From positions 242,651 through 306,650 of the forward strand of contig CAZMHV010000001.1 in the NCBI GenBank assembly GCA_964566225.1: DNA of 64,000 nt, read 5' to 3'. The position numbers and the translations under genes are program-made. Under the pieces are notes generated by a model that worked only from the letters and a program-made list of their open reading frames with translations, ran no database searches and was not told where the DNA came from. Positions 1 to 9,638 of this stretch are shown piece after piece. Source of the DNA: an uncultured Gammaproteobacteria bacterium (GTDB lineage: Bacteria > Patescibacteriota > Patescibacteriia > Magasanikbacterales > UBA922). Each line of letters opens with the position of its first letter. Position 1 is the first letter of the stretch.

Positions 1-1
1 C

Positions 2-1063
2 CCTATTGGTCTCAACATGCTTGAGGCACGCACCGAAGAGCAAAAAGATTTTGCGGTCCAAGAAATGATTGCTATTTTTTATAAACTCTTTCCACCAGAA
101 ATGATTGGACCAATGTTTGAACACAACATGCGCAATGTTATGCTTACTCTCATGGCAGACGTAGACGATACCGGAACCATTATTGATATTCCACGCATGT
201 TTACAGATGATTCATATGTAAAAAAGTATTTGCGCAAACTCAAAGACCCAGTAGTGCGATCATTTTGGGAAAAAGAAATGGCCAAAACAAGTGATTTTCA
301 TAAATCTGAAATGCTTGGGTACCTCATTTCCAAAGTCGGTCGTTTTGTAGAAAATGAAATGATGAGAAATATCATGGGGCAACAAAAATCTGGTTTTGAC
401 TTTCGTGAAATCATGGACAAGAAAAAAATTCTTTTGGTGAATTTATCCAAAGGAACCACTGGTGAAGTCAATGCCAAACTGATTGGTCTTATTGTCGTGG
501 CCAAACTCCAAATGGCTGCTATGGCCCGAGCAGAACTCGCCGAAGAAGATAGAAAAGACTTTTATCTCTATATTGACGAGTTTCAAAACTTTATTACAGA
601 CTCTATCTCTACTATTTTGTCAGAGGCACGTAAATATCGTTTGGACTTGATTATTGCCCACCAGTATCTTGGTCAACTTATGGATGACAAAGGTAAGACG
701 CAAGTACGTGACGCTGTACTTGGAAATGCTGGTACTATGGCATCATTTCGTATTGGACCAGACGATGCAGAAATTTTGGCCAAAGAATTTGCACCAACAT
801 TTGGTTCGTATGATTTGCTCAATGTGCCTCAATTTACCTGTTATATTAAATTGCTCATTGATAATACTGCCAGTAAACCATTCAACATGAATACCTACCC
901 ACCAGTTACTGGCAATGCTGACCTTGCTGATGCTATTAAACAGCTTTCTCGCCTCAAATATGGCCGTGATAAACGTATTGTAGAGGCTGAAATCATGGAA
1001 CGTACCAAGCTCGGTGCCTCCGAAGAGCAGGCCAAAACATCAATGGTTGAAGCATCTCTCTAA
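2..1063 (+). CDS. Type IV secretion coupling protein/VirB4-TraG-like ATPase, C-terminal part (5'-truncated by window)
   Basis: Frame open from base 2; Walker B FYLYIDEFQNF, ILSEARKYRL.LIIAHQY and VLGNAGT..SFRIG motifs of TraG/VirD4-type ATPases. Confidence 0.85.
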   Translation, partial: PIGLNMLEARTEEQKDFAVQEMIAIFYKLFPPEMIGPMFEHNMRNVMLTLMADVDDTGTIIDIPRMFTDDSYVKKYLRKLKDPVVRSFWEKEMAKTSDFHKSEMLGYLISKVGRFVENEMMRNIMGQQKSGFDFREIMDKKKILLVNLSKGTTGEVNAKLIGLIVVAKLQMAAMARAELAEEDRKDFYLYIDEFQNFITDSISTILSEARKYRLDLIIAHQYLGQLMDDKGKTQVRDAVLGNAGTMASFRIGPDDAEILAKEFAPTFGSYDLLNVPQFTCYIKLLIDNTASKPFNMNTYPPVTGNADLADAIKQLSRLKYGRDKRIVEAEIMERTKLGASEEQAKTSMVEASL

Positions 1064-1130
1064 CCCTTGACTTTTTTACCAAAGAAGCATACCTTAGGGG
1101 GATATCAATCCCCCTTTATCTTATCGTCAT

Positions 1131-1742
1131 ATGGACCGAATTGGCGACATTCTGTACCCAAAAAATCTCAATTCTTCAGCCACACATGCAACTCCGGCCG
1201 AAGAAAAAAATACACACCACACAGCCCCTTTTCATGTTTCTGATTTGAAGGTAATCATTTTGAACATGAAAAAAGACCTGGACCACATGCTCCGCCTCAT
1301 TGATGGTGAACCAATCACTCCCCTCGCCACAGAACACACCCCCAACACTCCTCGTGAAAGTGGCGAAGAAAAAGTAATCGAAGGGGTTTTCAACGGAGTT
1401 AAAATGATTAGTGAAGATGGCAGTGTGTATGACGTACCACCAAACTACGCCAGTAAATCGAAACTGGTAGAAGGTGATATGATGAAACTCACTATTCCGA
1501 CACATGGTAAATTTGTATACAAACAAATTGGACCTATAGAACGAGATCGTGTGCGTGGAGTGCTTCACTACAATGAAACTGAAAATCAATGGAGTGTGGT
1601 GAGTTCTACCGGTAAATCCTACAAAATCTTGACCGCATCAGTTACGTTTTACAAAGGCAAAGCCAAAGACGAAGTTATTGCTCTTATTCCACAAAATGGG
1701 CACAGCGAATGGGCGGCCGTAGAACATATTATTTCACAGTAA
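1131..1742 (+). CDS. Conserved hypothetical protein (CPR-type, EGVFNG...VPPNYASKSKLVEGD motif)
   Basis: 203-aa ORF; motif recalled as conserved in CPR; function unknown. Confidence 0.75.
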   Translation: MDRIGDILYPKNLNSSATHATPAEEKNTHHTAPFHVSDLKVIILNMKKDLDHMLRLIDGEPITPLATEHTPNTPRESGEEKVIEGVFNGVKMISEDGSVYDVPPNYASKSKLVEGDMMKLTIPTHGKFVYKQIGPIERDRVRGVLHYNETENQWSVVSSTGKSYKILTASVTFYKGKAKDEVIALIPQNGHSEWAAVEHIISQ

Positions 1743-1744
1743 AA

Positions 1745-1772
1745 AAAATCCTCGGTTGGTACCGAGGATTTT
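1745..1772. terminator. Bidirectional intrinsic terminator
   Basis: aaaatcctcggt-tggt-accgaggatttt between convergent genes. Confidence 0.8.
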
Positions 1773-1789
1773 CTTTTTTATTTTGAAAA

Positions 1790-2053
1790 TTACGCTGCTG
1801 TCAAGTGTGGACTTACAAGCTTGGTCATTTCAAACATACTGACTTGTTTTTTTCCGTTGAAAATGACTTTGAGGTTTTCGTCCGCATTAATCATGCGTTT
1901 GTTTTTTTGATCTTGAAGATCATTCTTTTTAATATATTCCCAAAGTTTCTTTACAACCTGAGAACGTGGCATTGGACCTTTTCCAACAATGAGCTGGAGC
2001 TCTTCTGAGATCTTGTATGGTCTCATGAGCGCTGGGTTTACTTTTCGTGGCAT
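1790..2053 (-). CDS. Stand-alone SWIB/MDM2 domain protein
   Basis: ISEELQLIVG...RSQVVKKLWEYIKKNDLQD..NKRMINADENLKVIF...MFEMTKLVSPHL. Confidence 0.92.
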   Translation of the reverse strand: MPRKVNPALMRPYKISEELQLIVGKGPMPRSQVVKKLWEYIKKNDLQDQKNKRMINADENLKVIFNGKKQVSMFEMTKLVSPHLTAA

Positions 2054-2225
2054 ACACGAGCGTGTTAAAAATAACTAAATTACGAATGCTTGTAAGACAA
2101 GACGATGATAGTATAGCAGATACCCTAGATAGGCACAAGTGGTTTTGTCAAGGGATGCTTTACCCCAGTTCAATTCTCTTGTATACTGGTGTAGTATAAC
2201 ACTGCTTTTAAGACTCCGCAAATCT

Positions 2226-3806
2226 ATGGCCCTCTATCACGTCTATCGCCCTCAAAAATTCTCTGAAATCGTTGGCCAAGGCCACATTGTCTCTACACTC
2301 TTAAATCAAATAAAAAAAGATTCCGTAGCCCATGCCTACCTCTTTTTTGGACCTCGAGGAACTGGTAAAACCACTACGGCTCGTATTTTGGCCAAGGCCA
2401 TAAATTGTAAAAATAAACCAGAAGGTTCATTTGAGCCCTGCAATACATGCAGTGCCTGTACAGATATTACGGCAGGTCGTGCCATTGATGTGATTGAAAT
2501 TGATGCTGCCAGTAACACTGGGGTTGATCACGTTCGTGAACACATTATTGAAAATGCACAATTTCATCCAACTTTTTTACCAACCAAAGTATTTATTATT
2601 GATGAAGTGCACATGCTTTCTACCAGTGCTTTCAATGCTCTTTTGAAAACACTCGAAGAACCTCCTGCACATGTTATTTTTATTTTGGCCACCACTGATG
2701 TAGAAAAAATTCCTGAGACTATTGTTTCACGTTGTCAGCGTTTTACCTTTCATCGCATGGAAGAAACCGGTGCACGTGAATATTTGAAAAAAATAGTGGC
2801 AGAAGAAAAACGAGAAATTGACGAGGAAGTACTGGATGTTATTTTGAAAAAAAGTGAAGGAGGTATGCGAGACGCACTGTCACTCCTTGACCAACTTCTG
2901 GCTATTGATACCAAACGCCTTACACTCGAAAACACTACCCTGCTTTTGCCCCAGGTAAAAAATGAAGATATCCAAAGATTTCTCTCTGCTCTTGAAAAAG
3001 AGTCTTTGACCGAGATGCTCAGTATTGTGGCAGAACTTCAAACCAAAAAAACACACTTTGTGCACTTTACCGATGAAGTTATTGCTGCCTTGCGTGAAAT
3101 TTTGATTGGCAAAATTTCCAAAGCAAATACATCTTCTCCACTTTCTCTCGCCCGTATTTTTTCGTTTCTCGATATTTTGCTCGAACGCCGTGCACAAATT
3201 CGTACCAGTCCTATTGCAGCACTTCCTCTTGAAATGGGTTGTATTGAATGGATACATCCCATCACCGAGACTCCCCATACCGGTACAGTGGTCTCAGCTT
3301 CTCCAAGCCCTGCACCAGCACCAACCAAACCAGCAACGCCTACGGTAGAGAAAACGGTTACTGAGCCACTCCCTACCATGGTAAAAACAGCAGCACCTGA
3401 AATACCAGTGCTTGATGCCGAAGATCTTTCCCTCTTGTCTGTTTTACCACCAGAGTCTGCCACTGAACCAACCGCACCAACAGAAATTGGTATAGACTTT
3501 GGTACTATTCAAAAAAAATGGCATGAAGTGATAGCCAAACTCGAAAAAGATTCTCCATCACTGGTTATTATTTTAAAAGCAGCCAGTTTAGTAAAACTCA
3601 CGGGAGATGTTTTGACTCTCTGCGTCCCCTTTCAATTTCACCAAAACAAATTATCAGACAAAACTACCCAAAGAAAATTGGAAGCCATGATGAGTGAAGT
3701 TTTTTTGGGATTCAAAATTCACCTTGACGTAATTATCAGTGAAGCCCAAGAGCAAAAGGCCGAAGCACAAGAACTGGCAGCACTCCTTGGTGGTGAAGTC
3801 GTGTAA
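2226..3806 (+). CDS. dnaX: DNA polymerase III subunit gamma/tau
   Basis: ALYHVYRPQKF, GPRGTGKTT, Cys4 Zn site, EIDAAS, IIDEVHMLS, SRCQ; start set at ATG 2226. Confidence 0.96.
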   Translation: MALYHVYRPQKFSEIVGQGHIVSTLLNQIKKDSVAHAYLFFGPRGTGKTTTARILAKAINCKNKPEGSFEPCNTCSACTDITAGRAIDVIEIDAASNTGVDHVREHIIENAQFHPTFLPTKVFIIDEVHMLSTSAFNALLKTLEEPPAHVIFILATTDVEKIPETIVSRCQRFTFHRMEETGAREYLKKIVAEEKREIDEEVLDVILKKSEGGMRDALSLLDQLLAIDTKRLTLENTTLLLPQVKNEDIQRFLSALEKESLTEMLSIVAELQTKKTHFVHFTDEVIAALREILIGKISKANTSSPLSLARIFSFLDILLERRAQIRTSPIAALPLEMGCIEWIHPITETPHTGTVVSASPSPAPAPTKPATPTVEKTVTEPLPTMVKTAAPEIPVLDAEDLSLLSVLPPESATEPTAPTEIGIDFGTIQKKWHEVIAKLEKDSPSLVIILKAASLVKLTGDVLTLCVPFQFHQNKLSDKTTQRKLEAMMSEVFLGFKIHLDVIISEAQEQKAEAQELAALLGGEVV

Positions 3807-3885
3807 ATCTTGACTCTGTCGTTTGTTTTTGGTAGTATACTCAGCGTACAAAATCATGTTCACTGCTTTGCGTTCAAAGCACTAT

Positions 3886-3956
3886 TCGGGGATCGTCTAA
3901 TGGTAGGACGGCAGTTTCTGGAGCTGCCTATCTTGGTTCGAATCCAGGTCCCCGAG
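3886..3956 (+). tRNA. tRNA-Gln(CTG)
   Basis: Cloverleaf: acceptor tcgggga/tccccga, anticodon arm gcagt-ttCTGga-gctgc, T loop ttcgaat; CCA not encoded; terminator hairpin at 3962-3990. Confidence 0.93.
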
Positions 3957-4039
3957 CACACAAAAAATGCCTATAAAAAGGCATTTTTTTGATTGTTTCT
4001 CTATTTTTTGCTATAGTACGTGTGAAATAATATACAGGT

Positions 4040-5719
4040 ATGCATGAAATTCACCCACGTATTGCAGAAATTTCAGACCAAGACCCTCTTGATCAAGTTG
4101 AATTTACTCCAATTACCATAGAGACAGTCACAAAAGATCTCGAACAAATATTACAAGACAAAAAAAATTCTATCGAAGTACTCTGGAAATTTCAAAAATA
4201 TGCAGTTTCTTCAATACCAGAAATTTTTTTTGGTGAACCAAAAATAAATGAATTACTGAAAAAAGCCATTATCCAATTTTTTTCAGAACATGATGAAATT
4301 CCAGCATTTATTATAGTCAAAAACACGGTACTCAATGTGTGTGAATTATTCAACGTTTCTGTAGGAGATATGATTGATAGTGAGGTACAAACAACCGCAG
4401 AAAAAGGATTTCATGACTCTGTACAAAAAATGGTAGATGAAAAAAATATATCTCACATCCGTCACTGGCTATTTTGGATACACAGCAATTCAGAATATTT
4501 TTCTCTTCAAATACCAGAACTTACACAGGCACAACAAGAAAAAATTGCTCCCAAACTTTTGCTCTTGGCCCAAAAAGGTGATGCTGCTACGCTTGAACAT
4601 TTTTTTGATCTTTTTCACCTTCATGATATTGATACTCCACATGATGGGAGTGTTGATCTATCAGAAACTCCAAGAGAAACATACGAAAAAATTCTTTTTT
4701 CGACTCGAGAAGCGATTGCTGAAGCTGCCCTGTGTCTTGATGTGGCAGCACAAAGTGGTTCACGACAAAGTTTTGACCAGACTCTTGTAGCAATGAAAAA
4801 AGGAAGACTCCTCAGACTCCCCTTTTTGGCAGCCGAAACGCTTGCTCGAATTGGTGAAAAGTATAGTGCAAAATGGCAAAAAACTGAAGAAATTTTTTCT
4901 CGCATTGAAAAACATTTTTATCCAACCAAAAAGCCTTCTCCTCTAGAACTCGGTCAAGCATATGTGCAGTCGGTAATTGAACAAAATCCTAGAGGAAGTG
5001 TGAGCATGTACCAAAAAGAGTCCTTTTTAACGCTCGAGTTTTCGTCAAAGCAAGATTATGATACATTTGTAGAAAAAAAATATGGTAAAATGCAGGCAGA
5101 GAAGCCAACTGCAGGACTCTACTGTGATTCATTGGCACTGCTCCTCGAAGATAGAACCGTTGGTTGTGCGTTTGTTCTTATTGATGCAAGAAAAAAAACT
5201 GCCGTGAAAGAAATATTTGACCATGAACGACACCATGCTATCAATGCCGTTGCAAACATGGACGAACTCGAACAGGCAAACGCCCAGAATAAGAGAGAAC
5301 ACATGGTCAGTGAAAAAAAATTAAAAAAATATGGCGTTCACCTCACTTTAGAAAAAGCCCTGGCAGAAATGGACGAGACATACCCAATCAAGCAAGAAAT
5401 GTATCTCAAAGTAAAAGATGAAATCACTGCTTTTTTGGTTGCTGGGACATACCTTTTTGAGGTGCCAAGGATTTTGCAGTCAACTACATACGAACATATT
5501 TTTACATTTTTCAAAAATAAAAAAATAGAAATAGAAGAAATACGGTTTTACATTCAACAAGTGTGTGAATTGCTCGAAGAAGTACTGAGCCATACCAGAA
5601 GGACATTTGAAGACAGAGCCAAACTTGCCTATCATATAAAAGATGTCAGTTTTGAACGTATTCCTGACTACTTAGAACGTCTCAAAAAAGCACGTGAAAT
5701 AAAAAGTCCACGGTGGTAA
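4040..5719 (+). CDS. Hypothetical protein with HExxH motif (possible zincin-like domain)
   Basis: 559-aa ORF; FDHERHHAIN followed later by KDEITAF. Confidence 0.6.
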   Translation: MHEIHPRIAEISDQDPLDQVEFTPITIETVTKDLEQILQDKKNSIEVLWKFQKYAVSSIPEIFFGEPKINELLKKAIIQFFSEHDEIPAFIIVKNTVLNVCELFNVSVGDMIDSEVQTTAEKGFHDSVQKMVDEKNISHIRHWLFWIHSNSEYFSLQIPELTQAQQEKIAPKLLLLAQKGDAATLEHFFDLFHLHDIDTPHDGSVDLSETPRETYEKILFSTREAIAEAALCLDVAAQSGSRQSFDQTLVAMKKGRLLRLPFLAAETLARIGEKYSAKWQKTEEIFSRIEKHFYPTKKPSPLELGQAYVQSVIEQNPRGSVSMYQKESFLTLEFSSKQDYDTFVEKKYGKMQAEKPTAGLYCDSLALLLEDRTVGCAFVLIDARKKTAVKEIFDHERHHAINAVANMDELEQANAQNKREHMVSEKKLKKYGVHLTLEKALAEMDETYPIKQEMYLKVKDEITAFLVAGTYLFEVPRILQSTTYEHIFTFFKNKKIEIEEIRFYIQQVCELLEEVLSHTRRTFEDRAKLAYHIKDVSFERIPDYLERLKKAREIKSPRW

Positions 5720-5787
5720 AATGAGGCACAGCAATTGACAAAATTGCTAAAGTATGATGTAATGCCACATTCACATAATATTCACCT

Positions 5788-5979
5788 ATGAAATGGTACA
5801 AAAAACAACTGGACATGCTCAATATTTCTCTTGGAGATGGCTCAAAGTCAGGAACACCCCATATTGCACAAAAAACATCCGTGAACTCTCTGGGTGGCAA
5901 AAAAATTTCACCTCAAGTCAAAAATTTTCGTAATCCAGTGGCCGAAAGTAAACGAAGTCGATCAAAAACAGATAAATAG
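5788..5979 (+). CDS. Small basic hypothetical protein
   Basis: 63-aa ORF filling the intergenic gap, followed by a terminator-like hairpin at 5988-6009. Confidence 0.45.
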   Translation: MKWYKKQLDMLNISLGDGSKSGTPHIAQKTSVNSLGGKKISPQVKNFRNPVAESKRSRSKTDK

Positions 5980-6035
5980 ACATACTCAAATGGCCCTCTG
6001 GCCATTTTTGTTTTTTTGTGTTAGGATATGGCTCT

Positions 6036-7040
6036 ATGAATACCCTTATTTCTCTTGCGAGTAAAAATTTAAGTGACATTATCAATCAGGCTATTTGCCT
6101 CAAACCTACAGAAAAAGCCTTGGTTATTTTTGATACCGAAGCTCCCCTCACCCGTATTGTACTCGAGGGCTATCGAGCAGCATTGCCCGAGGCAAACTTT
6201 GTTGACTTCAACACCATTACCCCTGAACAAGTTCGTGAACTCATTGATGCGTGTACCCCAGGTGATTTGGTGGTACTTTTGCAATCAACCAACTTTCGTC
6301 TCAACGAATTTCGATTTCGCATTGAGCTGTTTGAACGCAAACTCAAGACCATTGAACATGTGCACCTCAAACGAATTTTGGAAGATCAATTTGAATGTTA
6401 TCTAAATGCACTTGCTTACGATGCAAACTACTACCGACCACTTGGCAAGGGTCTCAAAAATATTTTGGAACAAGCCAATGAAATTGTAGTTACCTGCCCT
6501 GGCACCACACTCACCTATATTGGTGGCATGGAAACTGCCAAGTTAAATGTTGGTGATTACAGCGAAATGAAAAATGTGGGTGGCACATACCCAATTGGTG
6601 AAGTCTTTACCGAAGCCAAAGTACTCGAACAAGTGAATGGTGAGGCCATGATCTTTGGTTATGCTGGTGAAGATCACTTGGTACGCCTCATGAAACCATT
6701 TAAAGTGACTATTGAAAAAGGAATTTTGACCACTGGCCCCGATGCTCCAGATGAATTCAACAAAATTCTTGATCTTATTCGTGAAGACGAAGCCGTGTAT
6801 GTACGCGAGTTTGGTATGGGACTCAACCCTGCCATGGGCAAGCACGGACTGGTTTCTGACATTACAGCATTTGAACGCCAAAAAGGCATGCATATTTCAC
6901 TTGGTGCCAAACACGCGATTTATGCCAAACAAGGCCTCAACCGCAAAAAAGGCCGCTACCACGTGGATGTGTTTATTGATATTGAGACCATCACTGCCGA
7001 TGGAAAAGCATTTTATCGTGATGGAAATTTTGTAGTGTAG
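6036..7040 (+). CDS. M29-like (aminopeptidase T/thermophilic metalloprotease) aminopeptidase
   Basis: YPIGEVFT, REFGMG.N, ERQKGMHISLG, YHVDVF motifs. Confidence 0.8.
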   Translation: MNTLISLASKNLSDIINQAICLKPTEKALVIFDTEAPLTRIVLEGYRAALPEANFVDFNTITPEQVRELIDACTPGDLVVLLQSTNFRLNEFRFRIELFERKLKTIEHVHLKRILEDQFECYLNALAYDANYYRPLGKGLKNILEQANEIVVTCPGTTLTYIGGMETAKLNVGDYSEMKNVGGTYPIGEVFTEAKVLEQVNGEAMIFGYAGEDHLVRLMKPFKVTIEKGILTTGPDAPDEFNKILDLIREDEAVYVREFGMGLNPAMGKHGLVSDITAFERQKGMHISLGAKHAIYAKQGLNRKKGRYHVDVFIDIETITADGKAFYRDGNFVV

Positions 7041-7080
7041 TTGACTTTTTTCTTTTAAAAGTATAAAGTATTTATACTTT
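7041..7080 (+). promoter_or_regulatory. sigma70 promoter overlapped by a palindrome
   Basis: TTGACT(7041)-N17-TAAAGT(7064); inverted repeat aaagtataaa-gta-tttatacttt at 7058-7080. Confidence 0.6.
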
Positions 7081-7197
7081 GAGCCTCTTTTATTTTTGGC
7101 TCTTCTCTTCTTTCACAAGCTCCTGGCTGTGCCAAGGGAGCACTCTCTCCGGTATTGCCATTCAATACCATCCCTCTTTATTTATAGAGGTTTTTTT

Positions 7198-8988
7198 ATG
7201 TCTCTAGACCATCTCCTCACAGAGGCGCGACAACATATTGGACACGTGCAAGAATCACTCGGCAACACGCAAGTAACTCTTGAAACACAGTTTAAAAAAT
7301 TAATGAGTCAGTATCCCAAAGCAGAGGGAGCCGAAAAGATGACGCTGCACACGCTTTTGCAATACACCAAAAAACGACAGCACGAACTGACCGCGCTTCA
7401 CCCTTCACCATACTTTTCACGGTGTGATGTGATTCGAGAACACAAAGATGCAACCGTGTACATTGGAAAATTTTCTTTTCCCGAAGAATCTATTGTGTCT
7501 TGGGTCTCCCCTATTTCTACTCTTCGTTTTGAACATCCAGGACCAGCGACCTACACCACGCCTGATCGCACCAAAAAACCAGTGGTGCTCACGCGCAAAG
7601 ATGAATATATGATTACCGATGGGTCAGTTCTCTTTTTTGCCACCGAATCGATTGACACAGCAAGAACCTTGGTCTACCAAGAAAATTTTTCAAACCGCAA
7701 AACTGGATTTGTTTTGCCCGAAATTATTGCTCGCATGGAAGAAGCGCAAGATAAAGTTATTCGTTCTTCTTGGCGAGGACCCTTGGTTATTTCTGGTCCA
7801 GCAGGATCAGGAAAGACTACATTGGCCCTGCACCGCGTTGCCTACCTCATGCAAGTGCCAGAAATACAAGACCATTTTCCAGGTCACCGTATTCGCGTGT
7901 TTGTGCAAGACCCTGGAACCAAATCATATTTTGCAACACTCCTTCCAGATCTTGGAATTGATAATGTAGAAATAACCACATTTCGACAGTGGGCTCACGA
8001 TATTTTGGAACTTGTTCAAAACGATCAAGCAACCGAAGTGCAATCAGAATATTTGGAAGACATACTGACCAACGAAAAATTACAGATCCTGCGTGAATTC
8101 AAAACACCATTACAAGGTGAACCACTCCGTTGGCTCAAAAATTTGTATAGCATCAATCTTACTAACTCAAAAAATATTGTCCTTTCACGAATAGAAAAAA
8201 ATATCCTTGATGACATTGATCTCACCATTCTTTTGCAAGCATACAAAAAATCCAATGGCACACTGCGCGAATCTCGCGAATATTTTATGCAGCAAAAAAA
8301 TAAATATGAAATTCAAAGAAAAATAGGACGCTTTGATGTTTCGTATAACCTGTGTGTGGTCGATGAATTTCAAAATTATTTGCCCGAGCAACTTCAGCTT
8401 ATTCGCGGATGCATGAACGAAGAAACACAATCGATTGTATATGTGGGTGACATGCGACAACAAACACGATTTGGCACAGTGCAATCATGGAATCAAATTG
8501 GTGAAAATATTGACGACTCAAGACTCATTACCCTGGAAAAGGTCTACCGAAATACCAAAGAAATTTTGCAGTATATTGAATCACTTGGATACGTAGTTTC
8601 TATTCCCGAAGCACTGCCGCAAGGAACGCCGGTACAAGTACTCGCAGAGAGTGTGGAAACACCAGAACACATTAGCACACTTGCAGTCTCACACACGGAC
8701 CGATTGGTGGGTATACTTGCCAAAAACACCTCTGAACTGCTACCATACCTCCACCTTGCAACACACAAACATATCAAAGTCATGACCATACGGGAAGCAC
8801 AAGGTGTCGAATTTGATACGGTCTTTTTGGTGGGCAATACACAACAGACTTGGCAGGTTGATCCTGCGCTCTATACAGATGTCATGCGAAAAGAAAAAAC
8901 ACGCATCAACAAAGATTTACTCTATGTGGCATTGACTCGTGCCATGCGAGAATTGTATGTGGTTGGAACACTTCCACACGTATCTTAA
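7198..8988 (+). CDS. helD: HelD-like SF1 (UvrD/Rep family) helicase / RNA polymerase recycling motor
   Basis: SPYFSRCD, YIGKFS, SW.SPIS, GPAGSGKTTLALHRVAYL, VDEFQN, GDMRQ, YRNTKEI, AQGVEFD, LYVALTRA. Confidence 0.85.
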   Translation: MSLDHLLTEARQHIGHVQESLGNTQVTLETQFKKLMSQYPKAEGAEKMTLHTLLQYTKKRQHELTALHPSPYFSRCDVIREHKDATVYIGKFSFPEESIVSWVSPISTLRFEHPGPATYTTPDRTKKPVVLTRKDEYMITDGSVLFFATESIDTARTLVYQENFSNRKTGFVLPEIIARMEEAQDKVIRSSWRGPLVISGPAGSGKTTLALHRVAYLMQVPEIQDHFPGHRIRVFVQDPGTKSYFATLLPDLGIDNVEITTFRQWAHDILELVQNDQATEVQSEYLEDILTNEKLQILREFKTPLQGEPLRWLKNLYSINLTNSKNIVLSRIEKNILDDIDLTILLQAYKKSNGTLRESREYFMQQKNKYEIQRKIGRFDVSYNLCVVDEFQNYLPEQLQLIRGCMNEETQSIVYVGDMRQQTRFGTVQSWNQIGENIDDSRLITLEKVYRNTKEILQYIESLGYVVSIPEALPQGTPVQVLAESVETPEHISTLAVSHTDRLVGILAKNTSELLPYLHLATHKHIKVMTIREAQGVEFDTVFLVGNTQQTWQVDPALYTDVMRKEKTRINKDLLYVALTRAMRELYVVGTLPHVS

Positions 8989-8996
8989 ACTTTTTT

Positions 8997-9629
8997 ATGA
9001 ACCCAATCCGCGCCATTCTCTTTGACATCGACGGCACCCTCCTTAATACCACCGAATTTATTTTGCAGGCTGCTGAACACGCTCTCAAAGTTCACAACCT
9101 CCCCATACCAGACAGAAAAGTTATACGTTTGGCAGTCGGGTTACCAGTAAACGAATACTTTCGCACATTTGCCGGCGACTTTGACCCAAAACTTCTTTTG
9201 GAAACGGTTTCTGAATTTCAACAGCAAAACATGCATTTATCGTTTCCCTATGAAAATGCTTTTACAACCCTTCAAAGACTCAAAAACAAAGGATTCAAAG
9301 TTGGTGCCGTGACTTCACGCAGGAGAGAAAGTATTTTACAAACTCTTGAACCCACAAAAATCACTGCGCTTCTTGATGTACTTGTAGCGGGAGAAGAAAC
9401 AGCCCTTGGTAAGCCCCATGCAGATCCCCTCTTAAAAGCAGTAGAACTACTCAATGAACATCCAGATACTGCTTTCATGGTTGGAGATTCTCATCTAGAC
9501 ATTGCCATGGGCAAAAGTGCCGGCACCAAAACTATTCGTGCCATGTACGGTTTTCATACTGAATTTTTGCATGAACCTGAACCAGATTTTTTTGTTGAGG
9601 ATATTAGTGATATATTAAAAATTGTGTAA
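8997..9629 (+). CDS. HAD-IA family phosphatase (PpaX/Gph-like)
   Basis: FDIDGTLLNT, KPHADP, MVGDSHLD. Confidence 0.92.
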   Translation: MNPIRAILFDIDGTLLNTTEFILQAAEHALKVHNLPIPDRKVIRLAVGLPVNEYFRTFAGDFDPKLLLETVSEFQQQNMHLSFPYENAFTTLQRLKNKGFKVGAVTSRRRESILQTLEPTKITALLDVLVAGEETALGKPHADPLLKAVELLNEHPDTAFMVGDSHLDIAMGKSAGTKTIRAMYGFHTEFLHEPEPDFFVEDISDILKIV

Positions 9630-9638
9630 TCATAAACT

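Noticed and set aside
2-1063. Conjugative element suggested by the VirD4/VirB4-like ATPase
   Set aside because: Such ATPases are common chromosomal genes in CPR, and no relaxase, integrase or other tra genes follow.
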